Shown here: piece after piece, positions 9,448 through 18,698 of the stretch
Layout of the letters: every line of letters starts with the position of its first letter
Numbering within the stretch: position 1 is the first letter of the stretch
NCBI GenBank assembly: GCA_965116875.1
Contig: OZ220733.1
Coordinates: forward strand, 2,432,001 to 2,496,000
From: Candidatus Latescibacterota bacterium
GTDB lineage: Bacteria > Latescibacterota > UBA2968 > GCA-2709665
DNA length: 64,000 nt
Reading direction: 5' to 3'
Program-made: the position numbers and the translations under genes
Notes under the pieces: generated by a model
Told to the model about the DNA's origin: nothing
The model's database searches: none
What the model saw: only the letters and a program-made list of their open reading frames with translations

Positions 9448-10329
9448 TCAAAACGTAACTTTCAGATCTGCCAGGAGGCTCGCCTCGACCTCCGCGAGCG
9501 ATAGAGTCTCTCCCTTCCATTCCAGCTTGCCGTCGACAATGGTCTGCTTGGCATCCTTGACACCTGCGATCTCGTAGTACTCGCCTCCGGTGTTCTTCAC
9601 GTAAAAGAAGCCGACGCAGTCCGGGGTTGCGTTTATCGCTACTTGGTCGTGCCCACTGGTGGGAGTGGCGGAAAGGAGCAGAAGGACCTCTTCGCCAACC
9701 TCAAATTGCGGTTCACCCGAAGAAAGAATAAAGGATCTTTCTCTAATCTTCCTTCCTCTAATTAGCTTTACCTGGATCGTGACGGGCCCGGCACCTTTGA
9801 TGTATTTCACAACCTTGATGTCGACCCGGGTTCCATACGCGCATAGCTCTTCTTCCTTCGAAACCGCCAACACCCTTCCTGTCACAATGAGATCGGTCAT
9901 CATCAGGTTCCACTGAAAATTCCTCAGAGGATCCCGCCAAAACCTGTTCCTCATAGCCTGGACTGTCCAGAAGAACCGCTCCACGGCGATCTCTTGTTTG
10001 CCGATCTGATTAACTTTCGTGCCGATTGGGCTGCGTCCCCTTAATAGCAGACTCTTGCGAAGATAGTCATCCTCCAGAAAGGAGTCTTTACCCTCGGCGA
10101 CCGCCTTGGAAACCATCCCAGTCAGCCACGACATCGCTGCTGAATCGTCCAGAGCCTTTTGTGCCTGGCATCGCACATCCGTCGGTACACCAGAGAACCA
10201 CACAACGAAACCGATAAATACAAGGCACCCTTTCGTCTGGTTCAACCACATATTGAGAAGCCTGTAAATTGCGGTGTCAGAACTTAAAGACTCATGCAAA
10301 TAATGACTCGATCCGAATCCCTGGCTCAT
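9448..10329 (-). CDS. Hypothetical secreted/membrane-anchored protein (true start possibly at MWLNQ)
   Basis: 293-aa ORF with a hydrophobic N-terminal segment; DLIVTGRV...GEPQFEVGEEVLLLL beta-rich motif. Confidence 0.6.
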   Translation of the reverse strand: MSQGFGSSHYLHESLSSDTAIYRLLNMWLNQTKGCLVFIGFVVWFSGVPTDVRCQAQKALDDSAAMSWLTGMVSKAVAEGKDSFLEDDYLRKSLLLRGRSPIGTKVNQIGKQEIAVERFFWTVQAMRNRFWRDPLRNFQWNLMMTDLIVTGRVLAVSKEEELCAYGTRVDIKVVKYIKGAGPVTIQVKLIRGRKIRERSFILSSGEPQFEVGEEVLLLLSATPTSGHDQVAINATPDCVGFFYVKNTGGEYYEIAGVKDAKQTIVDGKLEWKGETLSLAEVEASLLADLKVTF

Positions 10330-10514
10330 GCTGAGGTGCTGCCGTGGCGCCTCGATTTCTTCGCTTTAATCCTGCTTTTTTCGCACGTGCGGCACAGGAT
10401 AAACACGCGGCCCCGGAAACCCAGGACGACGCCGAGTTTCCTTTTGCAGAAACGGCAGTGTCTTGGAGCACACGGGGCCGTGACGGACACCTGTTCCATT
10501 TCTATCAGAAACCA

Positions 10515-11441
10515 TCATGCGGCCAGAACCATCTTCAGCAGCGCCATCCGAATGTAGAGTCCGTTGTGCGCCTGCCGGAAATACGCCGCGCGGGGGTCGG
10601 TGTCGACAACGGGGTCGATTTCGTCCACGCGAGGCAGGGGGTGCATCACGCGGCCGTTGTCGGACAGCGCCTCCATCACTTTCGTATCGATGATGTATCG
10701 TCCACGGGCCGCTTCGTAGTCCTTCGTGCGGTCACCGAACCGTTCCCGCTGGATTCGAGTCTGGTAGACCACGTCGACCTTCTGCACGACCTCGATCAGA
10801 TCTTCCCGTTCCTCGAAATACACCCCGTTCCGGACCAGGTATTCCTTGATATCGGCCTTCATGCGCACCATTTCCGGCGCCACGAAATACAGCTTGACGT
10901 CGTTGTACCTGGTGAGCAGATAGGCCAGCGAACGCACCGTCCGGCCGTTGGCGAGGTCGCCCACCATCGCCACCGAAATCCCGTCCAGCCGGCCGATTTC
11001 CTTCCGGATGGTATAGACGTCGAGCAAGGCCTGCGTGGGATGCTGGCCGGGACCGTCGCCGGCGTTCAATACCGGCACCGACGCGACCTCGGCCGCGCGC
11101 TTTGCGGATCCTCCTTCGTAGTGCCGAAGGACGATCACGTCCGCGTATCCTTCCACAATGCGGATGGTATCCTCGAGGGTCTCGCCCTTCGCCGCGGAGG
11201 AAAACTCCCTGGCCGACTCCGTCGTGACCACGTTCCCTCCCAGACGGATCATGGCCGACTCGAAAGACAACCGCGTGCGGGTACTCGGTTCGTAGAACAA
11301 CGTGGCCATGATCCGGCGGTTGAGTATACTGGACCCGTAGACGCTCACCACCTCCTCCATCTCCCTGGTCACCGCAAAAATCTCGGTCAGCAATTCCCGG
11401 TTGAACTGCTGCGCCTCGACCACGTGGAACAGGCTGTCCAT
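10515..11441 (-). CDS. pyrB: Aspartate carbamoyltransferase catalytic chain (plant-like sequence)
   Basis: FYEPSTRTRLSF, HPTQALLD, YQTRIQRERF and HPLPR motifs. Confidence 0.97.
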   Translation of the reverse strand: MDSLFHVVEAQQFNRELLTEIFAVTREMEEVVSVYGSSILNRRIMATLFYEPSTRTRLSFESAMIRLGGNVVTTESAREFSSAAKGETLEDTIRIVEGYADVIVLRHYEGGSAKRAAEVASVPVLNAGDGPGQHPTQALLDVYTIRKEIGRLDGISVAMVGDLANGRTVRSLAYLLTRYNDVKLYFVAPEMVRMKADIKEYLVRNGVYFEEREDLIEVVQKVDVVYQTRIQRERFGDRTKDYEAARGRYIIDTKVMEALSDNGRVMHPLPRVDEIDPVVDTDPRAAYFRQAHNGLYIRMALLKMVLAA

Positions 11442-11458
11442 CGAAAACCCTTTCTCAC

Positions 11459-11482
11459 AAAAAAAACTCCCCGTCAGGGGAG
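11459..11482 (-). terminator. Leader (attenuator) terminator upstream of pyrB
   Basis: Minus strand CTCCCC-TGAC-GGGGAG-T8, ending 17 nt before the pyrB ATG. Confidence 0.75.
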
Positions 11483-11548
11483 CTGAATAACGGCAGCCGG
11501 GGAGCCGGTAATCCGGTAAATTCGATTTCGTATAGAATAGATTCCCAT
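11474..11548 (-). CDS. Putative pyrB leader peptide (24 aa, MGIYSIRNRIYRITGSPAAVIQLP)
   Basis: Small ORF starts just after the predicted promoter; its TGA stop lies in the terminator loop. Confidence 0.45.
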   Translation of the reverse strand: MGIYSIRNRIYRITGSPAAVIQLP

Positions 11549-11558
11549 CTAAAGGGCA

Positions 11559-11587
11559 AATATAGTCCGGCCGCACAACGGTTGCAA
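11559..11587 (-). promoter_or_regulatory. Putative sigma70 promoter of pyrB
   Basis: TTGCAA-17 bp-TATATT on the minus strand. Confidence 0.6.
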
Positions 11588-11717
11588 GTGGAAATTTGCG
11601 GATCGGATTCGACGGTCGACCCATGCGATTTCGCAAATGCCTCCGGCCCCGGGGAGTCGTTGCGGCACGACGACCTGCAGGGCTCGCGCACATCCTTGAA
11701 ATTCTGCCAGAAATGGG

Positions 11718-11746
11718 TTGACCGGACCGCGGAAGTCCGATATATT
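11718..11746 (+). promoter_or_regulatory. Putative sigma70 promoter of glyA
   Basis: TTGACC-17 bp-TATATT. Confidence 0.6.
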
Positions 11747-11751
11747 GATGT

Positions 11752-11874
11752 TGGCGCGACATCATGCGCCAGTGGGTGAACCCACGCCCCGAGCCACCGT
11801 CAACCGGAAAGCGCTGAGTCCGAAAACGAGTCAACTCCCGGGCTTGCAGTACCATTATCCCGCCCGGGTTTTTT
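11752..11874 (+). promoter_or_regulatory. Structured 5' leader of glyA ending in a terminator (candidate cis-regulatory RNA)
   Basis: Hairpins TGGCGC/GCGCCA and GTGGG-TGAA-CCCAC, then CCCGGGC/GCCCGGG stem + T6. Confidence 0.5.
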
Positions 11875-11920
11875 GTGCCCGGACGTCGACCGTCCATCTA
11901 TTGCGTGTGGGAGAAAGAGA

Positions 11921-13474
11921 ATGGCACAGGCAACACCACCTGCCGAAGTGATGCGCTCGACGTCGCCGCTTGCCAGGTATCTCGCCGAATCCGCCGCCAA
12001 CGGCAATCCAGCGGATCCCGGGTTCGTGGCCTGCCTCGCGTCGCTCCAACAGATCAACGCGGTCTCGCCCCGGGTGGCCGCATCCATCGTTTCCGAGCTC
12101 GAGGACCAGCGGGCCAACCTGAAGATGATCGCCAGCGAGAATTATTGCTCGCTGGCCGTTCAGCTCGCACAGGGCAATCTCTTCACAGACAAGTATGCCG
12201 AAGGCGTACCCGAACGCCGCTTTTATGCCGGCTGCGACAACGTGGACACCGTGGAAAAACATGCCGCTTCCCTCGCCTGCGACCTCTTCGGGGCGGACCA
12301 TGCGTACGTTCAGCCGCACTCCGGGGCCGATGCAAACCTCGTGGCGTTCTGGGCGATTCTTTCCGCCCGCATTCAGGCGCCGTTCATGGATCGAACGGGG
12401 CACACCGATCCCTCGGCCCTGTCCGACGACGACTGGCGGGAGCTCAGAACCTCGCTTGGCAACCAGAAATTGCTTGGACTGGATTACTACTCAGGCGGCC
12501 ACCTCACCCACGGATACCGCCAGAACGTCTCCGCACGGATGTTCCATGTAGAAACCTACGGTGTGGACCCGGAAACAAAGCTCATCGATTACGACCGGGT
12601 CCGCAGCCAGGCGAAGGCGTTCAGACCCCTGATTCTGCTGGCCGGGTACAGCGCGTACACCCGCAAGATCAACTTTCGCATCTTCAGGGAAATCGCGGAT
12701 GAGGCCGGTGCGGTCTTCATGGTGGACATGGCGCACTTTGCGGGCCTCGTTGCGGGCAAGGTCTTCACCGGCGACTACGATCCCGTCGCCCACGCCGACG
12801 TTGTGACCACCACAACCCATAAGACCCTCAGGGGCCCGCGGGGCGGCATGGTCCTCTGTAAAGATGAATATGCCGAACACGTGGACCGGGGGTGCCCGAT
12901 GGTGCTGGGGGGTCCGCTACCCCACGCGATCGCCGCCAAGGCCGTCGCTTTTCAGGAGGCACGCGCCGACGCATTCAGAAACTACGCGCGCCGCATTGTG
13001 GAGAACGCGGCGAATCTGGCGGAAGCCTGCGTTGCAGAGGGACTCGCATTGCTGACGGGCGGAACGGACAACCACATGGCGCTCATCGACGTGACGCCAC
13101 TCGGTCTCACCGGCAGACAGGCGGAAGCCGCCCTTCGAAACGCACGGATCACCCTCAACCGCAATGCCCTGCCCTTCGACACGAACGGCGCCTGGTACAC
13201 GAGCGGCCTCCGCATCGGCACGCCGGCGCTAACGACGCTGGGCATGGGAGCCGACGAAATGGGGAGAATCGCCGCCGTATTGCGCCACGTGCTCTCCAAT
13301 ACCCGGCCACTCCGGATCAAGAAAGGGCGGCAGGCCGGAAAACCGAGCAAGGCGCGCTGCAGGACCCGGCCGGAAGCGCTCGAGGAAGCCCGCGCGGTGG
13401 TGGCGGACGTGCTCCAACATTTTCCCGCGTACCCCGAACTGGACCTCGAAACCCTCAAACAGGCTCTGAGATAA
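11921..13474 (+). CDS. glyA: Serine hydroxymethyltransferase (long, chlamydial/actinobacterial-like type)
   Basis: [33 protein letters not shown] and SGLRIGTPA motifs. Confidence 0.97.
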   Translation: MAQATPPAEVMRSTSPLARYLAESAANGNPADPGFVACLASLQQINAVSPRVAASIVSELEDQRANLKMIASENYCSLAVQLAQGNLFTDKYAEGVPERRFYAGCDNVDTVEKHAASLACDLFGADHAYVQPHSGADANLVAFWAILSARIQAPFMDRTGHTDPSALSDDDWRELRTSLGNQKLLGLDYYSGGHLTHGYRQNVSARMFHVETYGVDPETKLIDYDRVRSQAKAFRPLILLAGYSAYTRKINFRIFREIADEAGAVFMVDMAHFAGLVAGKVFTGDYDPVAHADVVTTTTHKTLRGPRGGMVLCKDEYAEHVDRGCPMVLGGPLPHAIAAKAVAFQEARADAFRNYARRIVENAANLAEACVAEGLALLTGGTDNHMALIDVTPLGLTGRQAEAALRNARITLNRNALPFDTNGAWYTSGLRIGTPALTTLGMGADEMGRIAAVLRHVLSNTRPLRIKKGRQAGKPSKARCRTRPEALEEARAVVADVLQHFPAYPELDLETLKQALR

Positions 13475-13537
13475 TGTCCCCTTCGCGGGCTTTGTGACCG
13501 ATCTTCCGCCGGCCGATCCCGGCCCGGTCTCCCACGC

Positions 13538-14638
13538 TCAGAATCTTACCGCGTTCATCACCGCATCGTGAAATTCGGGGCGCAACTTCCGGATCCCCTC
13601 ATTCTCGCGGGTGGGATGCACCCTGTTTGTCAGAAGTACCACGCCGACGTCCCGTTCGGGGTCCACCCAGACGGAAGTCCCCGTGAATCCGGTATGCCCG
13701 AAAGATCGGGCCGAAAAGTGCCGGCCCGCTGAACTCCCCGCCGCCGATACCGTATCCCACCCGAGCGCGCGGGTACTGCCGGGCGCCAATCCCGCCCGCG
13801 ACGTGAATCTGCGGATGGCAGCTTCGGAAAACACGCGCGTTCCCTCACGTTTCCCCCCGTTCAGTATCACCCGTAGAAATCGACCCAGGTCCGCCGCGGT
13901 CCCGAAGAGTCCCGCGTGCGGCGCAACGCCGCCCATCGCCCAGGCGTTTCCATCGTGCACCTGACCGTGAATCAGCCCTCTGCGTTGCTCGGCCTGAAAT
14001 TCGGTTGGCGGAATTCTGCCCAATTGCTCGCGGCGCGGCAGATACATCGTCTCTTTCATCCCCACCGGACCGAGGATGTACCGTCGAGCCAGCTCCTCGA
14101 GCGGCGCCCCGCCCACGCGCTCGACGGCCGCTCCCAGCAGCAGGAAACTGAGATCGCTATAAATCGTCCTGGTCCCCGGCGGGTACGCGAGTGCCGTCCG
14201 GCACGCGGCCGACAATACAGCCTCCCTGCCCCAGCAGGTCTCGAAAAAACGCTGGTGGGCAGGCAGTCCCGCGCAATGCGCCAGAAGGTGCCTGATCGTC
14301 ACGCCATCTTTGCCTTCCCCCTGGAACGCCGGCACGTATTTATCCACCCGTTCATCCAGGTCCAGGTGGGGTTCAAGCGCCATACAGATCGAGGTTGTCA
14401 CAACCACCTTGGTAAGAGACGCGAGGTCGTACAGGTCGTCCTGACGGACGTTCGGTGAATCCGGCTCGTACGTGTGCCGCCCCGCCGTCCAGCACGCGAT
14501 TCCGCCCGCGCCTCGCACGAGGAGACCAATCGCGCCCGGGGTACTCTTCGCCCGCACGTGACGTTTCAGGACCTCCCGGGCGCGCCTCAGCCGCCGCGGA
14601 TCCGGTCCATTCCTGCGTTCCGTTCGCTCCGGTTTCAT
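13538..14638 (-). CDS. Serine hydrolase, beta-lactamase class C/AmiE-like family
   Basis: SxxK (ASLTK), YSD, PHAGLF and FGHTGFTG motifs. Confidence 0.88.
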   Translation of the reverse strand: MKPERTERRNGPDPRRLRRAREVLKRHVRAKSTPGAIGLLVRGAGGIACWTAGRHTYEPDSPNVRQDDLYDLASLTKVVVTTSICMALEPHLDLDERVDKYVPAFQGEGKDGVTIRHLLAHCAGLPAHQRFFETCWGREAVLSAACRTALAYPPGTRTIYSDLSFLLLGAAVERVGGAPLEELARRYILGPVGMKETMYLPRREQLGRIPPTEFQAEQRRGLIHGQVHDGNAWAMGGVAPHAGLFGTAADLGRFLRVILNGGKREGTRVFSEAAIRRFTSRAGLAPGSTRALGWDTVSAAGSSAGRHFSARSFGHTGFTGTSVWVDPERDVGVVLLTNRVHPTRENEGIRKLRPEFHDAVMNAVRF

Positions 14639-14855
14639 TACGCCTGAGCACCTCGGATTCGGGCCGAATGTCGCCGGCGAAGCCGGTTGATCTGACGAAG
14701 ATTCAAAGCCATTCTCACCTTGACTTTCCCGTCCTTCTGCATATCTTCAGCGACGCGGGTTTCCGGGTTTTTCCCGGCGGTACGCGGCCGGCCACGGTAC
14801 AGCAGTCCGCCAGAAAACACTACCGGTATGGTTTTCCACCTTCGGAGAGCATCCC

Positions 14856-15176
14856 ATGTCTGAAGTCAGGAATTACGTCGTGTTCGTCACCGCCCCGAAC
14901 GAAGCGGATGCCGCCAGGATCGGCCGCACGCTCGTTGAAGAACGCCTGGCCGCGTGCGCCAATATCGCGGGACAGATCCGGTCCATCTACCGCTGGCAGG
15001 ACGCCATTGAAGACGAAGCCGAATGTCTGATGGTCCTCAAGACGTCACATGCCAGCCTCGATGCGCTGATCGACAGGGCGAACGAATTGCACAGCTACGA
15101 GGTGCCTGAGATCATCGCGCTTCCCATCCACCACGGGTATCCGCCCTACCTGGACTGGATCGCCGAAAACGCCTGA
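14856..15176 (+). CDS. cutA: Divalent-cation tolerance protein CutA
   Basis: LVEERLAACANI, SIYRWQ and HSYEVPEII motifs. Confidence 0.95.
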   Translation: MSEVRNYVVFVTAPNEADAARIGRTLVEERLAACANIAGQIRSIYRWQDAIEDEAECLMVLKTSHASLDALIDRANELHSYEVPEIIALPIHHGYPPYLDWIAENA

Positions 15177-15286
15177 TCCGCGCTCGCTATCCTGCCCGCG
15201 CAACGACCCCCCGTGTCCGTCGTTCACAACGATCCGGACAGGACTGCTTCACAACATTTGACAGGCGCCAACGGGAAGGACCCACA

Positions 15287-16231
15287 GTGGCCGTTCATCC
15301 CCAACACGCGATCGGCATCGATCTCGGCGGGGGAAGCATCAAGGGCGCGCTTGTCGCCGCCGACGGACGCATGGCAGCCAATGCCCGCTGTCCGACCGAC
15401 GTGGATAGCGGCGAACATGGCGTGGCGGACCGGATCGCCGAACTCTGCGAGTCCCTCCGCGTCAGGGGCGGACTGGATAACGGGGATATTGCGGGTATCG
15501 GCATCGGCGTACCGGGTGTCACGACGTCGCAGGGCGACGTCATCATTGCGCCCAACCTCCACTGGCGCCATGTCCCGTTCAAGCGGATCCTCGAGGATAG
15601 GATCCGCCTGCGCGTAGAAATCGATAATGACGCCAGCGTCGCCGCCATGGGTGAAGCGCATCTGGGGGCGGGCGGCGGCTGCGAGTCCCTCTTTCTCATC
15701 ACCCTGGGGACGGGCATTGGCGGGGGACTCGTCCTGGGCGGCGACATTCACCACGGCGCCTCCTTCGCGGCGGGCGAAATTGGCCATATGTGCATGGACC
15801 CGGAGGGACCCCTTTGCGGATGCGGAAAAAAGGGATGCCTGGAAGCCTTCGCCTCAGGCCCCGCGATGGTCCGCTACGTTCGCCCGCGCCTTCCGGACGC
15901 GGTGTCCACTTCTCTCCCCGATACGGAGTCCCTCTCACCGGAAACCATCTGTCTGGCCGCGAAAAACGGCGACAGCCTCGCCCGTGAAGCCGTCGCCCGC
16001 GTTGCCCGTTATCTTGGCATCGCCCTTGCCAATATCATAAACGTCATCAGCCCCGACGTGATCGCCATCGGGGGCGGCATCTCTGCGGCCGGCCGTGTTC
16101 TGCTCGACCCCATCGCCGCCGCCGCCCGGGAGTACACCCTGGAGGGGATGTTCGATCATACCCGGATCCTGCCTGCCGAACTCGGTAACGACGCCGGCGT
16201 CCTGGGCGCCTCGCGCCTCGTCCTGAAGTAA
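15287..16231 (+). CDS. ROK-family sugar kinase (glucokinase-like)
   Basis: IGIDLGG, DNDA, TLGTGIGGG, GEIGH and CGCGKKGCLE motifs; no HTH. Confidence 0.9.
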   Translation: MAVHPQHAIGIDLGGGSIKGALVAADGRMAANARCPTDVDSGEHGVADRIAELCESLRVRGGLDNGDIAGIGIGVPGVTTSQGDVIIAPNLHWRHVPFKRILEDRIRLRVEIDNDASVAAMGEAHLGAGGGCESLFLITLGTGIGGGLVLGGDIHHGASFAAGEIGHMCMDPEGPLCGCGKKGCLEAFASGPAMVRYVRPRLPDAVSTSLPDTESLSPETICLAAKNGDSLAREAVARVARYLGIALANIINVISPDVIAIGGGISAAGRVLLDPIAAAAREYTLEGMFDHTRILPAELGNDAGVLGASRLVLK

Positions 16232-16393
16232 GAAGCTGTCTTAAAATTCCCAGCGGTCTTCGCGCGGCTGCAAAAGCGCCGGTCGGCGTTGGACAAATCC
16301 ACCCGTATAGACAAATATGGGCGGATTTTCCCGCCTTGACCGCCACTTTTTCGCTCGCGCTCGGGAACTCACCGGTAATTTTAAAACAACTTC
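16232..16393 (+). mobile_element. MITE family B, copy 1
   Basis: Terminal IRs GAAGCTGTCTTAAAATT / AATTTTAAAACAACTTC; inverted copy at 29142-29330. Confidence 0.8.
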
Positions 16394-16448
16394 CAAGCCG
16401 GGAAGTTCCAGCTCCCGTTCGGCACGAACGCTTGATCGGACAACGCCG

Positions 16449-17315
16449 TTACTCCCTCGCCAGATCTTCCAGCACGGACTTCAGATAGGCAATGTCCTGC
16501 TGTGCGAACCACTCCCTGTCCCCCTGTCTCGGGGCTTCGATGCACAAGGGACCGCTGAACCCGGACCGCTTCAGCGCCAGCAGATACTCCCGGTGGTTGA
16601 TGATCCCGTCGCCCAGACCCACGGCGTTCCGTCCGTCTCCGGCGGGCATCGAGTTTTTCAGATGCACCATGAACAGCTTCTCTCCCAGCGTGGATACGGT
16701 ATTGCCGATTGACGGACAGGACGGGAAATACACCATGTTTCCATAGTCCAGGTTCGCACCGACGAACGGGGAACCGATCATATCCAGAAGTTTCATCGTG
16801 GGCGCCGGCAGGTCGTGAACATAGCCCATGTGGATCTCGAACGCGAGTCTGAATCCAATCTCCTCGGCGACCGCGCCAAGTTCCCTGAACCCCTCGGCCG
16901 CCCAGGTGTAATGATGGTCCGTCGCGGCGCCGGACCCGTGCAGATGATGCGCCGACCCTGCATTGGGGTCCGAACTTCGCAGCGTCCCCGCCATGATATT
17001 GCAGACCGTGAGGTCCAGCCGTTCGCCCGCGAGTCGATAGAACCTGGTCGCCTCCTCAACCTGCGCCCCGCGGATGCCGGCATCTTCCTGCATCAGTTCC
17101 ACACCGGGGCCGCCGAACAGCACGTGCGTCAATCCCGATGCTTCCGCTGCCGCGGCAATCGTATCCAGGTATTGTTCCGGCGTCTCCTCTTCGCCCCTGC
17201 GATGACGGCGGAACTCGATCCCGTCATACCCCCACCCTACCGCCTTCCGGCACATCTCCGGGATCGTCTGTCCCTGTTCACAGTAGTTCACATGCATGAT
17301 GATCGGTAACGCCAT
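16449..17315 (-). CDS. Sugar phosphate isomerase/epimerase (xylose isomerase-like TIM barrel)
   Basis: GYDGIE, LAFEIH, NLDYGN, VHLKN and CIE metal-binding motifs. Confidence 0.85.
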   Translation of the reverse strand: MALPIIMHVNYCEQGQTIPEMCRKAVGWGYDGIEFRRHRRGEEETPEQYLDTIAAAAEASGLTHVLFGGPGVELMQEDAGIRGAQVEEATRFYRLAGERLDLTVCNIMAGTLRSSDPNAGSAHHLHGSGAATDHHYTWAAEGFRELGAVAEEIGFRLAFEIHMGYVHDLPAPTMKLLDMIGSPFVGANLDYGNMVYFPSCPSIGNTVSTLGEKLFMVHLKNSMPAGDGRNAVGLGDGIINHREYLLALKRSGFSGPLCIEAPRQGDREWFAQQDIAYLKSVLEDLARE

Positions 17316-17439
17316 TCAATCACCCCTCCGTAAAAGAACTCCTCACAAATGGGTTTGCCTCACCCACGGATCGTGGCTAAAATGGCAACGAACCCCGGGA
17401 AAGTCAACCGCAACCACCAGCCATCGAGGAGATCTGTCA

Positions 17440-17766
17440 ATGGCCAGCTGGTTCTGTCTGTTCCTTGCCATCGCTTTCGAAGTCGTGGGGACAACCTGCA
17501 TGAAACTTTCAGAAGGATTCGCCCGTTTGTGGCCCTCTATCGGTGTTGCCGTCTTCTATCTGGCATCACTGGCAGGCCTGACGATGGCGCTCAAACAAAT
17601 CCCGGTCAGCATCGCATACGCCGTCTGGGCCGGCCTGGGGACGGCGATCATCAGCGTCATCGGCTTCTGGTACTTCAAGGAACCGGTCACCGCGGTCAAG
17701 CTGTTCTCCATCGCGCTGATCATCGGTGGCGTCACCGGCCTGCATCTCTCAAATTCGGCGCAATGA
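17440..17766 (+). CDS. SMR-family (EmrE/QacE-like) small multidrug transporter
   Basis: Four TM helices, membrane Glu in AIAFEV, IAYAVWAGLG motif. Confidence 0.92.
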   Translation: MASWFCLFLAIAFEVVGTTCMKLSEGFARLWPSIGVAVFYLASLAGLTMALKQIPVSIAYAVWAGLGTAIISVIGFWYFKEPVTAVKLFSIALIIGGVTGLHLSNSAQ

Positions 17767-17843
17767 TCGTCCGTCCGGGTACGCGGTTGAATCGCCGGAT
17801 TCCAGTCGAGAGTCGAAAAATTCACCGAATTTAAAAAAATGAG

Positions 17844-17872
17844 TTGACAATCGACCGGGTAGCGATTAACTT
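17844..17872 (+). promoter_or_regulatory. Putative sigma70 promoter of the cold-shock gene (long 5' UTR)
   Basis: TTGACA-17 bp-TAACTT about 145 nt upstream of the start codon. Confidence 0.5.
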
Positions 17873-18017
17873 TCATGCAAGGATGTAAATAGAAGGACGT
17901 TGTTTCTGTCTCCTGTGCAGTCGAAAAAAACGATGCGGCAAGGATCAGAATTTCCGGTCCTTGCCATTTTTAATTGCCTGCACATTCAGTTCAAGGTAGA
18001 AAGGTGGTGAATTAGCA

Positions 18018-18218
18018 GTGGCTGACGGTCGAGTAAAGTGGTTCAACGACGCCAAGGGCTTTGGTTTTATCGAGCAGGACGGCGGGGAAGACGTATTCGT
18101 GCATTTTTCGGCAATCCAGGGAGAGGGTTTCAAGTCTCTGGCCGAGGGTGATGAGGTCGAATTCGATATCGTCGAGGGTCCCAAGGGGCTCCAGGCGGCA
18201 AATGTGACGAAACGATAA
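18018..18218 (+). CDS. cspA: Cold-shock protein
   Basis: [22 protein letters not shown] and [10 protein letters not shown] motifs. Confidence 0.95.
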   Translation: MADGRVKWFNDAKGFGFIEQDGGEDVFVHFSAIQGEGFKSLAEGDEVEFDIVEGPKGLQAANVTKR

Positions 18219-18244
18219 GGGTAACGGAACTGTTGTACGTACAG

Positions 18245-18275
18245 ACGGACGCCGATGAGTCGGCGTCCGTTTTTC
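18245..18275 (+). terminator. Intrinsic terminator of the cold-shock gene
   Basis: ACGGACGCCGA-TGAG-TCGGCGTCCGT followed by T-rich tract. Confidence 0.88.
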
Positions 18276-18698
18276 GTTTTTTGGATCGGGAACAGCACGC
18301 GAAATGACATTTCGCGCTACCGGAAACGCGGCGACGGCCTGACCCGACAGCCGTAACGCGAACTCGTACACACACCGCCCGTAACGCGAACTGGCAGTTC
18401 GCGTACAAAAAAAACGCCCCATTTCTGCCGGGCGTCTCTGTCTGACTCTCGCGAACTAACCTTGATTCGTAATTTTTCGTCAACGATAATTCGAATATGT
18501 GCAAGTTAATAAAGGCGATTCAACTGCGGATTACCAGGATACATCAGGTCACTGGACGTGAACGGAAAAAATGTCCTTCCGAACGACGTTACCACCCCGT
18601 TTCGGAGGGTATTATCACGACACCCGGTTGCCATTTTTTTCGAATTGGGGCTAACGGTTCGCGTTTCGTTCGGAGGTCTCACTCTGAAACCTTATCTT

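Noticed and set aside
11752-11874. Assignment of the glyA leader to ZMP/ZTP, glycine, THF, SAH or c-di-AMP riboswitch classes
   Set aside because: Core consensus strings could not be matched by eye; left as an unassigned candidate
11442-11897. 152-aa N-terminal extension of PyrB
   Set aside because: Runs through promoters and leader terminators; homology begins at MDSLFHVVE
13538-14638. Bona fide beta-lactam resistance gene
   Set aside because: No signal peptide, and the motifs fit the broad esterase/amidase branch of the family
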